From contig OX597816.1 in the NCBI GenBank assembly GCA_951406725.2, forward strand, positions 140,864,001 to 140,928,000: a stretch of 64,000 nucleotides of DNA. Direction: 5' to 3'. Below are positions 1 through 12,949 of this stretch, piece by piece (positions within the stretch are counted from its first letter, which is position 1; every line of letters begins with the position of its first letter). The position numbers were made by a program, and so were the translations under genes. A model generated the notes under the pieces. The model was not told where the DNA came from, made no database searches, and was given only the letters and a program-made list of their open reading frames with translations. The DNA comes from Octopus vulgaris. Its lineage: Eukaryota.

Positions 1-407
1 TGTGAGAGTGGTTGCTATAAGAGTGAGGTAGACCTGACACCCCCGCCTATTAACAGGGGGGACAAACCCGGATTTAAAATATTGGAATTCATCTTCATCA
101 TCACCATGGTCGTTGTTCAAAGAATTTGGTACCAGCCAAAAGACTGATAACAAATTCCTCAAAATAGCTACCATAATTGTTGCGAAAATTTAATCAAAAG
201 CTATTTCAGTTTAATAAAATTTGTAAATTCAAATAAGATGTGAATTCTAATGTTTCAGGCAGACCTGTTCTTGTTTTCTTTCAATTCTTTATTACATGTC
301 GATCACTAAGTAAAAATAGTAATCTTAGATATTGCTCAGGACTTTTAGCTGTTAAGGAATTTTATTTAACTGTAAAAGAAATTTACATGAAAATCTGAAT
401 GTTGCAG

Positions 408-498
408 ATATTGGTGGTCGTCCAGACTACAGAAATGAAGCAAGTTCTCGTGGAAGATATTCTAAAGCTCAAAAAGGAAGGGCATATTTTGATGGAAG
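408..498 (+). CDS. ZNF598: ZNF598 penultimate coding exon (IGGRPDYRNEASSRGRYSKAQKGRAYFDGR)
   Basis: Acceptor ttgcag|AT at 407/408 and donor AAG|gtaaac at 498/499. The 91-nt exon ends in phase 2 and joins in frame (AG+A=Arg) to the 4641 exon. The R/G-rich stretch followed by 'RDADLQKAIAAS' parallels the corresponding ZNF598 region. Confidence 0.75.
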
Positions 499-1154
499 GT
501 AAACATCTATTTACATTTTCTTCAATAGTTATATGCACTAATGTATTTGTAATGTTTTATTTATTGGAATATAAACGTTCAGATTGAATGAAATTTTGTC
601 ATAATTTTTTTCAAGAGATCCACTTAGTGAAAGTAAGTGATGTTATTGCAGAGTTGGTCAATACATTTTCTAGAAGCTCAGAATCTGAACAATATGTTTG
701 TAATAAACTTCAAACCTGTGATCTTTGTTCTATTTATCATGACACATAAAACACAGCTCTTCAATAGTTTCCATGCCTGTACAGACACATTTTCAATATC
801 ATATTGAAGAGAAGTTTGTTCAACTCAGAAACAGCTGAGGAGATCCAACATGCTGGAAATAGATGTCCTTCATTTTGCTCTGTAGTCTGGTTTAGTGGAA
901 TTGGAACTTAAATTATTCAGGATTTGGTGTGATGCTGACTATATAACAGTAGGTAGGAATGTATTAGTTACATAAGCCAGTGAATCTTAAACTGACAAAT
1001 GCCAGCCCCTACTCCATCTCCTTTCCTAATATGTACAAGTTGAAAAGTAAGTCATGTTGTATTTTTGACATGATCACATTGAAGGTACTTTTTCAATAGT
1101 TAGGTAAAATAAACATTAAATTTTATATTCTAATGGTTCCTTCTTTGTTTGCAG

Positions 1155-2370
1155 ATTACTTTACACTGTTGTGGTTAAATTCATATCAATCTTTACCCTT
1201 ATAAAATGATTTTAGATCAGATGTATATCAGACACTGCATGCTGTATGAATTCCAAAGGGGCTCTTCAGCAGTGGAAGTGGCAAGTAATATTCACCCAGT
1301 CTATGGAAATGAAGCTTTAAGTGTTCAGGCATGCCAATGATGGTTTGACTAGTTTTGCTTAGGAAATTTTTCTTCTGCAGATTCTCCTGAGTCTGGATGA
1401 CCAAGTTTTGTTGATATTGAGCTTCTGAAAATCATAGTTGAAGAAAATCCAAAGCAAACTGCACAAGAATTAGTTGAAGTCATACTTTGATCATAAAACA
1501 TCTTCATGTCTTAACTTGGTTATTAGGTTCCCTCATCATCTGATTGCTTCTCATCTTAATCAAAGAGTTGCTTTCTACTCATCTTTGAAGAGTAGACTTG
1601 CTATTGAGTCTTTCCTAGGTAGAATCATCACAAGTGATGAAAAGTGGATTCTCTATAATCATATCCAATGAAAAAAAACAATGCTTTGTACCCAATGAAA
1701 AAGGAGAATCCATCTCCCAAGCCAGGCTACAACCAAAAAATGTTATGTTCTGTTTGGTGGGATATGAAGGATGTCATTCATATTTAATGCCATAATCTTT
1801 TCCTGAATGACTTGGTCAATATCTGGCCTTAGATTGTCATGTAAGATCAATACTTCTTTATGATTGACCAATGGTAGGTACTTTTTGTAAATTTTTGTGC
1901 AATGCTTCCAAGTTGAGAACAATATTTCTCTGCATTAACTTAAGCCAAAATGAAACAGTAATGCAGCTAAGTATTGTCATTTGGAAGCCCAGCACATAAA
2001 AAGTGTCTATCATTGGTAAATCATAAAGGGGTGTTGCTCTGAGATGTTAATGCAAGACCATATATTTCTCAAATCACTCAGGAAAAGATTGTGGCATTAA
2101 ATAGGAAAGTTTTGCCTCACCCTTCATACTCCATCTGACTATCATCTTTTCAGACTATCATCTAATCAGTTGTGAAGGGGTTAAAAAGGATACTGATGTT
2201 TCTTTACTTTAAAATCCAAAGAATTTTATGTCTGAAGGATCAACAATTTGCCAAATAGATGGAATTATGTTATCAATAGTGAGAGGAAATATATTTTGAT
2301 TAAATCCATTAATTAAGACCAAAGAAGCATTTGTTTCTTTCTAATCTAATTGTGAAATTATTTGTTCCCC
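1155..2370 (+). mobile_element. Degenerate mariner transposon
   Basis: Broken frames give IRHCMLYEF (HTH), RIITSDEKWILYN (first catalytic D) and LPHPSYS..SDYHLF, with many stops and frameshifts. Confidence 0.85.
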
Positions 2371-3106
2371 TCCTTGTTATTGAGAAGGCAAAATAGAATT
2401 TACATCTTTATAATTCTTCTTTGTTTGCCATGGTGTTAGACAAATTAAAAAAATATTGAAAAGCAGCTTGATTTATTAAACCGAGCAATTTGTTTGCCCT
2501 ATTTTCAAACCTCACATTCCCCTCCACAAGTGAGAGTCCTTATGAGAAACACTGTCTTGGCTAAGTTGATTTTACAAAAAGCTGTTAATCTATGTGATAT
2601 AACATTGTTATTAACTGTTATGAAAATGTTGGTGAAACACTAGAAAAATTACAGGATTGAGTAGTGAAAATAACGGAGACCTATTATATCCAAGTTGGTA
2701 CAAGACAATTTTTATGGATAGAATTAGGTTTGTGTGTGTGTAATCACATTGTAACTGCTAGAATTGTCTTGAATAAAGTAAAAATGCTTTTGACCTAGAA
2801 AAGGCATTTGACATGGTTCTATTTTGTATAGTCTGTCAAGCAATGAATCATCATTATCATTTAACATTCGTTTTCCATGCTAGCATGGGTTGGATGGTTT
2901 GACAGAAGCTGACCAGCTGAAGAGCTGTTTAGGCTCCATGTCTGTTTTGGCATGGTTTCTACAACTGTTTGCCCTTCCTAATGCCAACCACTTTACGGAG
3001 TGTACTGGCTGGTTTTACACAGCACCACAAGGAAATGTCTGTATCAATGAAGGAAGTCAATAAGAAGTGTCAGATTAAGATTATCAACCAAGCTCTGTAT
3101 TGACAT

Positions 3107-3330
3107 TCTTTTACTCTTTACTCTTTTACTCTTTTACTTGTTTCAGTCATTTTGACTGCGGCCATGCTGGAGCACCACCTTTAGTCGAGCAAATCGACCC
3201 CGGGACTTATTCTTTGTAAGCCCAGTACTTATTCTATCAGTCTCTTTTGCCGAACCGCTAAGTGACGGGGACGTAAACACACCAGCATCAGTTGTCAAGC
3301 AATGCTAGGGGGACAAACACAGACACACAA

Positions 3331-3361
<31 letters not shown>

Positions 3362-3534
3362 CATATATACGACAGGCTTCTTTCAGTTTCCGTCTACCAA
3401 ATCCACTAACAAGGCATTGGTCGACCCGGGGCTATAGCAGAAGACACTTGCCCAAGATGCCACGCAGAGGGACTGAACCCGGAACCATGTGGTTGGTTAG
3501 CAAGCTACTTACCACACAGCCACTCTCCTGCGCC
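3107..3534 (-). mobile_element. tRNA-derived SINE, family A, full length
   Basis: On -: GGCGCAGG..TGGCTGTGTGGT (A box), GGTTCAGTCC (B-box-like), internal (TA)/(TG) tract, (GAGTAAAA)n tail. Homologous copies at ~20003-20158, 21670-21825, 22905-23300, 35443-35840, 37800-37990, 45560-45965, 54095-54310, 57200-57360. Confidence 0.85.
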
Positions 3535-4291
3535 TCATCATTTTTGTCCCTAAAAACAAAGAAAATAATCCCCAACTAGACACTGTTACTCGCTTCAGTA
3601 TATAGAGTAAGTTATGGCGCATGTTATGAAGTAAGACCAAGTCTAAAGTATTAGAGTGGTTTAGGCTTCCTAAACCCAACAGACAGTACTCTAGGCACCA
3701 TCTTCAAAAGTGAGTATGCAGAAAGATGGCTTTAAGAATGGGCTGTTTTACTGTTGTAGAAGATAACAATTCTAATTTTACTTGTTCGAAAATCTCTGTT
3801 ATCAGTGAAGTGATCTTTTTTAATATATAAGCAGTTAGTGGATAAGACTTCGCTATCTAAATTCATAGTAAGCAGTGAGTGTTTACAAAGATGTAGTGGA
3901 TCTCTAGCAGACTTGAAGAGAACTAGGACTACAGATGTGCTAGATGCACTGGATTAGTTATCAGTAAGAGCACTCATGAAGTGATGGTCAAGTACTAGAT
4001 GTAGATAATAATTAGGTGATCTGATTGTCCTGGCGGCAGTTATCATCATCATTTCTGTTTTGTCACACATGAGCTCACATCTCAGTTGCCTGAATATGGA
4101 AGATCTCTGGAGATTGTAGAGACATGAATTGAGTATGATTTGTTGAATGTATATTGTTACATGGAAAGCATAAGTGGACTAGAATAGCTGCTTATTATAC
4201 ATAATCTGAAGTGCAAGTATGTTGATATAGATGATATCTACATTATCTACAAAAATGTGTGATATCTACATTAGCTTGTAGAAATAATTAC

Positions 4292-4521
4292 TTAACCCTT
4301 TAGTATTCAGTTTATTCTGTCAAATATAATGCTTTTTTTTATTCACATTATTTTGAATTGATGATGCATTATCTCATAGCTTTGAGGTTTTGATGATGTG
4401 GTTGTTTATTTTTAGAATGACTAAGTAGGGTAGGTGTGAGAAGTAAGTTCTGGCCAGTTTAAACATAAATTGGGTAGAATATTTGAGCTGGACATGGCTG
4501 GTTTAAACGCTGAAGGGTTAA
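4292..4521. mobile_element. piggyBac-like MITE (TTAA|CCCTT...AAGGG|TTAA)
   Basis: TTAA on both sides and short TIRs. Same family at 39753-39966 (inverted) and 43162-43388. Confidence 0.75.
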
Positions 4522-4640
4522 AATAATCACTTAGAGTTCTGAAGGGCAGCGAAATTACAATATAACTATAGTTCCTTTTTAGCAATTACATATTCTTTTC
4601 TCTCATGATTTTTAATGAAATATTGTTTGTTCTTCCCTAG

Positions 4641-6672
4641 AGATGCTGATTTACAGAAAGCTATAGCAGCTTCTATAGAAGATGAGGTCCAACATCAGCA
4701 AGCATTAATGAAATCAGAAGGGGAAAAGACTGTCAGAAAGGAAAAGTCTGAAAACAACTCTACTAAGCCTTTACCAAAATTAAGCTTGAATGAAGATTTT
4801 CCAAGCCTTCCGTCTGCTACTGGAGTTAATAATGATCAAAGCACATTCCAAACCCGTTGGGCTACTCGATCAAATCCACATAACTTAGCTAACAATATGG
4901 TTGAAGAATTTCCATCATTAACATTGAACTCTTCATCAACTGTTAATGCTGAGGTGAAACCAAGTCTTAAAACTTACATTAGTAAGAAGAAAGAGACAAA
5001 CTCTCATAAACAGAAACAACCAGTTTTATTTGAAGAAGACTTCCCTCAGTTAGCAACCTCAAATAAGAAAAATAATTCTGCCAATCATGCCTCTGGTACA
5101 CAACCAAATGTATGGACCAAAAATACAAAGCAGCAACCCAAAAAGCAAAAGCAAACAACATTCAATTATAGAGTACCTATGAATATTGATTCAACCGATA
5201 TAAGTCAATTATCACACACAATGCCAGTGTCTGTCAACACTAAGCAGCAGACCAATGTGAAACAACCAAGTGCCAAAGACCAAAGCAGCAATAAGCAAGC
5301 GTCTAGTGCTAAACAGTTTGCCGGTGTTAAGCAACAAACTAATAATTCTAAGCAACAGGCCAGTAATAAACAAGCCAGTAATAAGCAACAGAGTAATAAT
5401 AAACAAACCAGTGCTAAAGCAAATGATATGTCACCTGTTGTAACATTGAAAGATGTTAGCAAATTATTAGATAGTGAAGAAAACTTCCCAAGCTTAACAA
5501 ATAAGAAGAAAAGTCAAGAAAACAATGTTCCTGTTGCTACTTGGCCTATTAAAAAACCTACTGTAAAAAACTCAGAAGAAAAAAAATCAAATTCTTTTAC
5601 TGGGAGCCTTGTGTTGAAAAGTAAAAAGAATAAAGAAAAAAATTCTTCTACAGAAAAGGTGTCATGTGATTCATCAACTAAAGATGTAAAGAAACCTGTA
5701 CCTGCTGCTGATTCTTCTGAAAGTAGTGCTGCTGCCTCCGACCCTGATAGCTCAAGAGGGAATAGTAAAAGTTGTGTGGATTGTGTGATACAGTTAAATG
5801 GTAAAGCAGAGTTGGATGAAGGTAGGGCTGATAAAATAGGTAAAAACTGGGAAGAGTCAGATGTAAAAGCTGACACAAAGCGAAACACAAGTAATAAACA
5901 GCTTGATGCTAGACCCAAAGAATTTACTGTTCAAAATATACTGTCTGAAGAAGATTTTCCTGCTCTTTGCAAAAATGACAAACTTGCACAGGGATCAAGT
6001 TCAAAAACTTCTGTGAAACCACCTCCTGGTTTTGCAGGTTTCCCTAACAACAAAGACAGTAGTTCAGCCTATAAATCTTTACTGCCCCGACCTCCACCAG
6101 GCCTTTCATTGTCAAATTCTGCAATTACTAACTTTCAACAAGCACTAACTGGTCAACATCCAATAAATGCAACCCTTAAATTTAATTACTGTCCCCCTTC
6201 AAATTTTGTGGGACGTAACCGACAATTGATCACTGAGATTCGCACTGCTCTTTCCAATGATGAAAATCGTTTTGACACTTTTAAATCATTATCTCAAGAT
6301 TTCCGTCATGGTGTAATCTCATCCCAAGAATACTATCGACAGTGTTTTGATTTACTTGGGTCTGAAAACTTCCCTAATATTGTTCAAGAACTTATTGCTC
6401 TTTTGCCAGATATTGCTAAGCAACAGGCTTTATTTGGGGTTCATCAAGACAACTCCGCCACACATATTAACACTGCTTCAAAGCATGTTTGGACTTCAAA
6501 GGAGAACCTTCTCCAGAGTTGCCACGTCTGCCAACAAGTACTTTCTCAATCTGACTATAAGGCACACATTTCTCTCTACCATCAAAATAGTGACTTCACA
6601 TGGGATTCTAGAGAGCCATCTTCATGGTCATGTGGTAATTTTCAGAATACTAGTTTGGTTAAGGCAAAATAA
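4641..6672 (+). CDS. ZNF598: ZNF598/Hel2-type E3 ubiquitin ligase, large terminal exon (disordered middle, GYF-binding PPPG motifs, PAH-like domain, C-terminal C2H2 finger)
   Basis: Polypyrimidine acceptor ttcttccctag| at 4640, then ~2 kb open frame to TAA. Five (E)E(D/N/E)FPxL motifs, PPPGF and PPPGL, a 'RNRQLITEIR...FKSLSQDFRHGVISSQEYY...ELIALLPDIAKQQAL' block and CHVC-x12-H-x4-H match the ZNF598 C-terminal architecture. The N-terminal RING/ZnF exons lie upstream of the window. Confidence 0.85.
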
Positions 6673-8030
6673 TATTGTTTTACTTTTAGACCTTCAAAAT
6701 GATATAGTGAAATTTTGTCCATGATCATCTGTGATACAAGACATTACTCAGGATGTTGTTGGGAGTGTATAATTTTGTTTTTTTAATGTTCTTTTCCCTT
6801 GTTTTCATTGTTTGGTATCATCCAACAGGAAAACCAAGTCAGCTATTTTGACTTTTTTTTTCATATTTATTTCTCTAGCTATTTACTTTCCAGGTGTGAG
6901 CTTATTTCTGTCAGGTAGAAATGAGTTCCTGTCTGAAGATATTTTGTTTATACATTCTATAATTTACATAAAATTATTTGAAAATAACTCAACAAATCCA
7001 AATATATTTCCACTGCAGACCAGCTTTAAATTGTTTTTGTTGTTGAGGATGTCAACATCTCACTTGAATTGAGATATCCAACGCAATTAAATATCTGCAG
7101 CTATATATTTGACTCTTTCTTGAAATTAGGTGAAAATTTGAGATATATCTTCACATTTCTTATAAACTGATATGAAGGAAACTAATTTTATACTATTCAA
7201 AATCTATTGAGGTCAACAACTCTTTACTCTGTTCCCATCCTAATTTCACTGCTGCTTAATATTTGCCCAGCTCTGTTGTACAAAAGTCTAAATTTATTAT
7301 AATGGGCTCACGTCTTCATGTTTCTCTTCACAACAATTACTTCAGTTGTTGTAAGACTGAATAAAAATAAGATTGTTTACCAATGCCAGCATTTTTGAAA
7401 AATTGCTTTGTGATGGTGCTCATAGAAATGGTCAGTCAGATACATTGAAATGTTAGCTAAATACATAAGAATCATATCTGTAAGTTCAGTTAGTATACCG
7501 TGTACATCAGATAAACAGGGTTATATAACTACAGAAATGAAGCAGACTTCAAGTTTGTTATTTTATTTTCTCATATACAAGGTAACCTTTTTAATATATG
7601 TTGTAGGTTTAATTTTTAAGTTTTAGCTTATGACTATGTATATATTGCTATAATTATCCTTTTAGTGTACAGTGAGGAAAAACAGGTTTAATTTTTAAAA
7701 AAATGTTTTTTTAGTTTATGAATATATATGTATTGCTATTAAAATGTAAGCATGCTTATGCTCTTGGAAAGCTATATGTATATATTCAGCTAATTTGTTT
7801 TGGAATTATCATTGCAGAAAGTTTTAAAATTGATTTCATAAATCTCAATTTTTTTTTGTTTTTTGTTTTTTATGAATTTGAGCCTTCAATAGGAAATGTT
7901 CTGAGCCTGGCATGTCAAACCAGAATATGATTACTGAGTAATTACAAAGATATTTCCATTGAATTACCTTCTTTAGTTACTGTGTTTTTTTTTGTTTGGT
8001 CTATTGGTAAAATAAAATAAATTTATTACT
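6673..8030 (+). other. Probable ZNF598 3' UTR
   Basis: Repeat-free, T-rich stretch after the stop codon, with AATAAA at 7360 and 8011; repeats resume at ~8175. Confidence 0.5.
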
Positions 8031-8174
8031 TTCCTACAAAAAAAGAAAAAAAATTGAGATCAGACATGAAGATAATTTTCTCCAGGTTGAAGTTCATATT
8101 TGATAAATGCATTAAAGAATTTGCTAAAACCAGCTTTAGACATTTGTATTTGTACTTAATGGGTGTGTAATTAC

Positions 8175-10592
8175 ATCATCATCATCATCATTTAACGTCT
8201 GTTTTCCATGCTAGCATGGGTTGGATGGTTCGACCGGGGTCTGGTAAGCCATGGAGGCTGCAGCAGGCTCTAGTCTGATTTGACAGTGTTTCTACAGCTG
8301 GATGCCCTTCCTAACGCCAACCACTCCATGAGTGTAGTGGGTGTTTTTTACGTGCCACCAGCACAGGAGCCAGAGCAGGCTGGCAAATGGCCACGATCAG
8401 TTGGTGCTTTTACGTGTCACCGACACGGACGCCAGTCAAGCAACGCTAGTAACTGCCACGCTTGAACGGTGCTTTTTACGTGTCACCGGCATGGGTATCT
8501 TAACTACAATTTCCATTTGAATTTTTTGATGTTGACGAACTTAACTCAACAGGTCTCCTCAAGAACAGCGGGTCACTCTACGATCCAAGGTTAGCACAGC
8601 AGGCTGTCCTGCAAGCATGAACTCACTTCATTTGTCGCTTCTTCGGATCCTCAAGAACAGCGAGTCACTCTACGATCCATGGTTAGCACAGCAGGCCATC
8701 TTGTGAGCCATGAACTCACTTCATTTGTCAGGTCTTCAGAGGTCTTGGTCTTTCGTCATAACCTCTGTGAGGCTCAAAGTATGAAGGTCATGCTTGACCA
8801 CCTCGTCCCATGTCTTCCTGGGTCTACCTCTACCCTGGATTCCTTCAACTGTTTGGGAGTAGCACTTCTTCACACATCTCTCCTCATTCTTCCTTAGTAC
8901 ATGACCGTACCAACACAATCGTCTCTCCTGCACGCTGCATCCAATGCTTCTTATGCCCACCATTTCTCTCAGGATGCTTACACTCTGTCATGCATGGACA
9001 CTGACATTACACACCCAGCGGATCATGCTAGCTTCATTTCTTTCAAGCCTACGCATGTCCTCCGCAGTCACAGCCCTCGTTTCACTGCCATGAAGCATGG
9101 CAGTTCACACACATGCATCGTACAATCTACCTTCCACTCTGAGCAAGAGACCCTTTGTCGCCAGTAGGGGTAGAAGCTTCCTAAACTTTGCCCAAGCTAT
9201 TCTTATTCTAGTGGTAATGCTCTCTGAGCATCCACCCCTACTACTAACTTGGTCACCTTGGTAGCAGAAACTATCAACTACTTCTAGTTTCTCCCCAAGG
9301 AGTGTAATGGAATCTGTTTTCTGAGTATCAATGGTGTCTATTGCCCCTATGCATCTGCTGCACACGAAAGCTATCTTCTTGGTTAATTTTCCTTTGATAT
9401 TGCTGCACCTCTTATGTGTCCATAGCTTACACTGGGTACATCTTATGGAGTTTCTACCTACACCTTTTCTACAGATTGAGCAGGGCCACCTACCTGAAGG
9501 GGTGTGTGGTGAATTTGCCTTCCTACTTACTAGAACTTTGGTCTTTGCTACATTGACTCTAAGGCTTTTTGATTCTAAACCTAGCTTCCACACACGAAAT
9601 TTCTTCTCTAGTTCCAGTAGCAATTCTGCTACAAGGGCTAGGTCATCAGCATAGAGGAGCTCCCAGGGGCAACCCGTCTTAAATTCCTCTGTTATTGCCT
9701 GGAGGGCTATGATGAATAGAAGGGGGCTGAGGGCTGAGCCTTGGTGGACGCTAACTTCTACCCTGAATTTTTCACTGTACTCATTGCCAATTCTAACCTT
9801 ACTACTAGCCTCTCTGTAGAGAGCTTGTACAGCCCTTATTAACCATTCGTCAATCTCCAGTTTCTGCATCGCCCACCAGATAAGGGATCGTGGGACCCTA
9901 TCAAAGGCTTTCTCCAAGTCCACAAAAGCTAAGTATAGGGGCTTATCTTTGGCTAGGTATTTCTCCTGCAGTTATCGAACCATGAATATGGCATCAGTGG
10001 TGCTTCTGCCAGGCACAAAACCAAACTGCATCTCATCTAGGCTAACTCTCTCCCTAATTAGTTGGGCTATGACCCTCTCTGTGACTTTCATTACCTGATC
10101 CAGCAGTTTGATACCCCTGTAGTTATTTCTATCTAGAGCATCACCTTTACCCTTGTAGCAGTTGACAATGGTGCTGCTGCACCAGTCATTGGGTATGACT
10201 CCATCTTGAGCTACTTGGTTTACAATGCAGGTGACTAGGCCGTATCCCACACCACCAGATGTTTTAAGCATCTCAGCAGTGATTCCTGATGGGCCGGGGG
10301 CTTTTCCTGGCTTCATTCCCTTAATTGCCTCAACTACTACAGAGCTATCTATACGGATAGCTGGTCCTTCTACTGGGTCCACAATTGGCAGGCTCTCCTC
10401 CTCCCACTCATTCTCCACATTCAGCAGTCTCACATAGTGGCTTCTCCAAGCCTCTTTCTTTTCAGAATCACAAAATGCAAGTGCCCCATCATCCATTCAA
10501 ACACATTTCTGCCCTGTGACATCACAATTTTCTCTCACACACTGTCTTGCAATCCGAAATACCTCAGTTCTTTGGTCCTCACGTCTCTGGAC
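8175..10592 (-). mobile_element. 5'-truncated RTE-clade LINE (RT, PHD-like finger, C-terminal domain, 3' tail ending (TGA)n)
   Basis: ORFs 9972-10496 (KAPGPSG, YKGKGD, NYRGIKLL, QFGF), 9105-9923 (DLEKAFDRV, HQGSALSPLLF, LLYADD) and 8736-8963 (RLCWYGHV, RGRPRKTW), interrupted by stops and frameshifts. Confidence 0.92.
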
Positions 10593-10724
10593 AGGTTTGT
10601 GTGTGGGAGAAGTTATACATATGTGTGTATATATATATGGATTCTGGGTTCACATACATGCATATATAAATGTACAAACACACACACACATATATATGTA
10701 GCTGTGTATAAGTGTGTGAAAACA

Positions 10725-11030
10725 CATGGCTTAGTGGTTAGAGTTTTGTGCTCACAATCATGAGGTAGTGAGTTCAATTCCCAGACCAGGCCATGTGTTG
10801 TGTTGTTGAGCATGGCATTTTCTCACATTTCTCCAGTTCATTCAGCTGTAGAAATCAGTTGCAACATCACTGGTGCCAAGCTGGTATCAGCCTTTGCCTT
10901 TCTCTTGGATAACATCAGTAGTATGAAGAGGGGAGGCTGGTATACATGGGCGACTTTTGGACTTTCATACAACCCTGCCCAGACTTGTGCCTCGTAGGGT
11001 AAATTTCTAGGTGCAATCCCACTTATTCAT
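10725..11030 (+). mobile_element. tRNA-derived SINE, family C
   Basis: TGGCTTAGTGGTTAG A box and GAGTTCAATTCCC B box followed by a conserved-looking core; related fragment at ~53480-53640(-). Confidence 0.6.
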
Positions 11031-12949
11031 AGCTAGGGTGAAGACCCTAGCTGTGTATAAGTATGTGTGTTTGGGTAGTTGTATATGTGTGAGAATAAAT
11101 GCTTATATGTATGGATACTTTTTGATTCTCTTGAGAGACAATGAAAGGAACACGGCTATAGAACTGTAACCTGCCGGGATACTTTAAAATAGAGAAACAA
11201 GTACAAGTTTGTTTATGCTTGTGTGCATGCACACAACCTGCACTCCAACCAAATGACCCCCTCCCCCAAATTTAAACCCAATGAAATGTATCCATACACT
11301 CATGATTATACTAATGTGTTTATGCTCTTGGAAAGCTATATGTATATATTCAGTTAATTTGTTCCCTCTATTCAGTTTGTTTCTGTTTATCTTTCTACTT
11401 AAAGTCCTCATGTATTGACTGATACTAACACACAAATGTGTTTCCATATGCAAAGCAGTCACACTTAAATGCAAACACATACACATGCATACACATATAT
11501 GCAATTACTGAGATTTCTCACTCACGTCCCTAAAATGTTATCATTTAATGTCCATCCTCCAAGCTGATAGGATTTCTATAGCTGGATGCCCTTCCCAACA
11601 CCAAACATTTTTTTTTTAGTGTGTACTGGATCTTTTCTCTTGCTACAGGTACTAGTGAGGTTGCCAAGTAACTTTGAAGTCAAGAAAGTACAGTAAAAGA
11701 AAAAAGGAACTCAGTACATCAAGCTCGGACGCACCACGATGCCTGGTGCAACTAGAGCATGTCATTGATGGAGTCATAAATGATAACAAAATGACTGACA
11801 AGCAATTATCCAAGCAAATGATTAGTTGATTGGCTAATTAGTTAACTAGTTGATTAACAACAATTCTTTTGAATTTTGGCACAAGGCCAGTGGATGTGAC
11901 ATAACTATTCTTTTCTATTCTAGGTACAAGGCCCGAAATTTTTGCAGAGGATGTCAGTCAATTAGATCAACCCTAGTATGTAACTGGTACTTAATTTATT
12001 GACCCCGAAAGGATGAAAGGCAAAGACAACTTTGGAATTTGAACTCAGAATGTAAAGACAGACAAAATACCACTAAGCATTTCGCTCAGCATGCTAATGT
12101 TTCTGCTAGCTCGCCACCTTAAAGAACCCCTTCTACTCTAGGCACAAGGCCCGAAATTTTTGGGCTGAATTTGAACTTAGAATATAAGTTGTAAGAAAAA
12201 CAGGTTTTCCATTGGTCTAACAATTCTGCTAGTTTGCCACCTTAAGTTGACAAGCAATAATACAAAATAAAGTGAAAAAGAGAACCAGTGCATGTGTTTC
12301 TATTGGCCAAATAGTCGTCCAAAGATACAACATATCATTTAACACCCACTTTTCTCTACTGGGATCAGAGAAAATTTGTTAAGACGTATTTTCTATGGTA
12401 GGATGCCCTTCCAGTTGCCAACCCTCACCTGCTTCCAAGTTAATATTTCCCATGGCTAGAGACATGTTTTTTTACAGAGGACTGGAAAGGGAAAAAATAT
12501 GACTTGTGTCAATGGTACACATACATTATATATATATAATGTATGCTATACACACACATGCACATAGACACAGACAGTCTTCTTCCAATTTCCACCTGTC
12601 AAATCTACTCACAGGGCCCTAGTTGGCCTGCAGCTATAGTAGAAGACAAAGGTGTCACATAGGAGGATAAACAATTTAACAGTAAGCTTTTACAAGCGAT
12701 ATATGTGTGTGTCTGTGTCCCCTTATCTTGACAATGATAGTTGTAACCAAATGTCACTGTCTTACAAGCAATGTACTTTATTTCCAGTCTTCCATGAAAA
12801 TATGTCCAGCCAAGAGGAAATATCACCTTGCTTGGAAATGAGGGTTGGTGACAAAGGGTATGCAGCTGTAGAAAATCTGCCTCCACAAATTCTGTCCGAC
12901 CCATACTAGTGTGGGAAAGTGGATGTTGAAACAATGATGATATATATAT

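Noticed and set aside
4615-4640. ATG at 4615 as the start of a 685-aa single-exon protein
   Set aside because: The first codons are the intron's polypyrimidine tract and AG; the frame continues from the upstream exon 408-498.
426-7544. 17-bp identity ACTACAGAAATGAAGCA between the exon (426-442) and the 3' UTR (7528-7544)
   Set aside because: A single 17-mer match is plausible by chance in 64 kb of AT-rich DNA.
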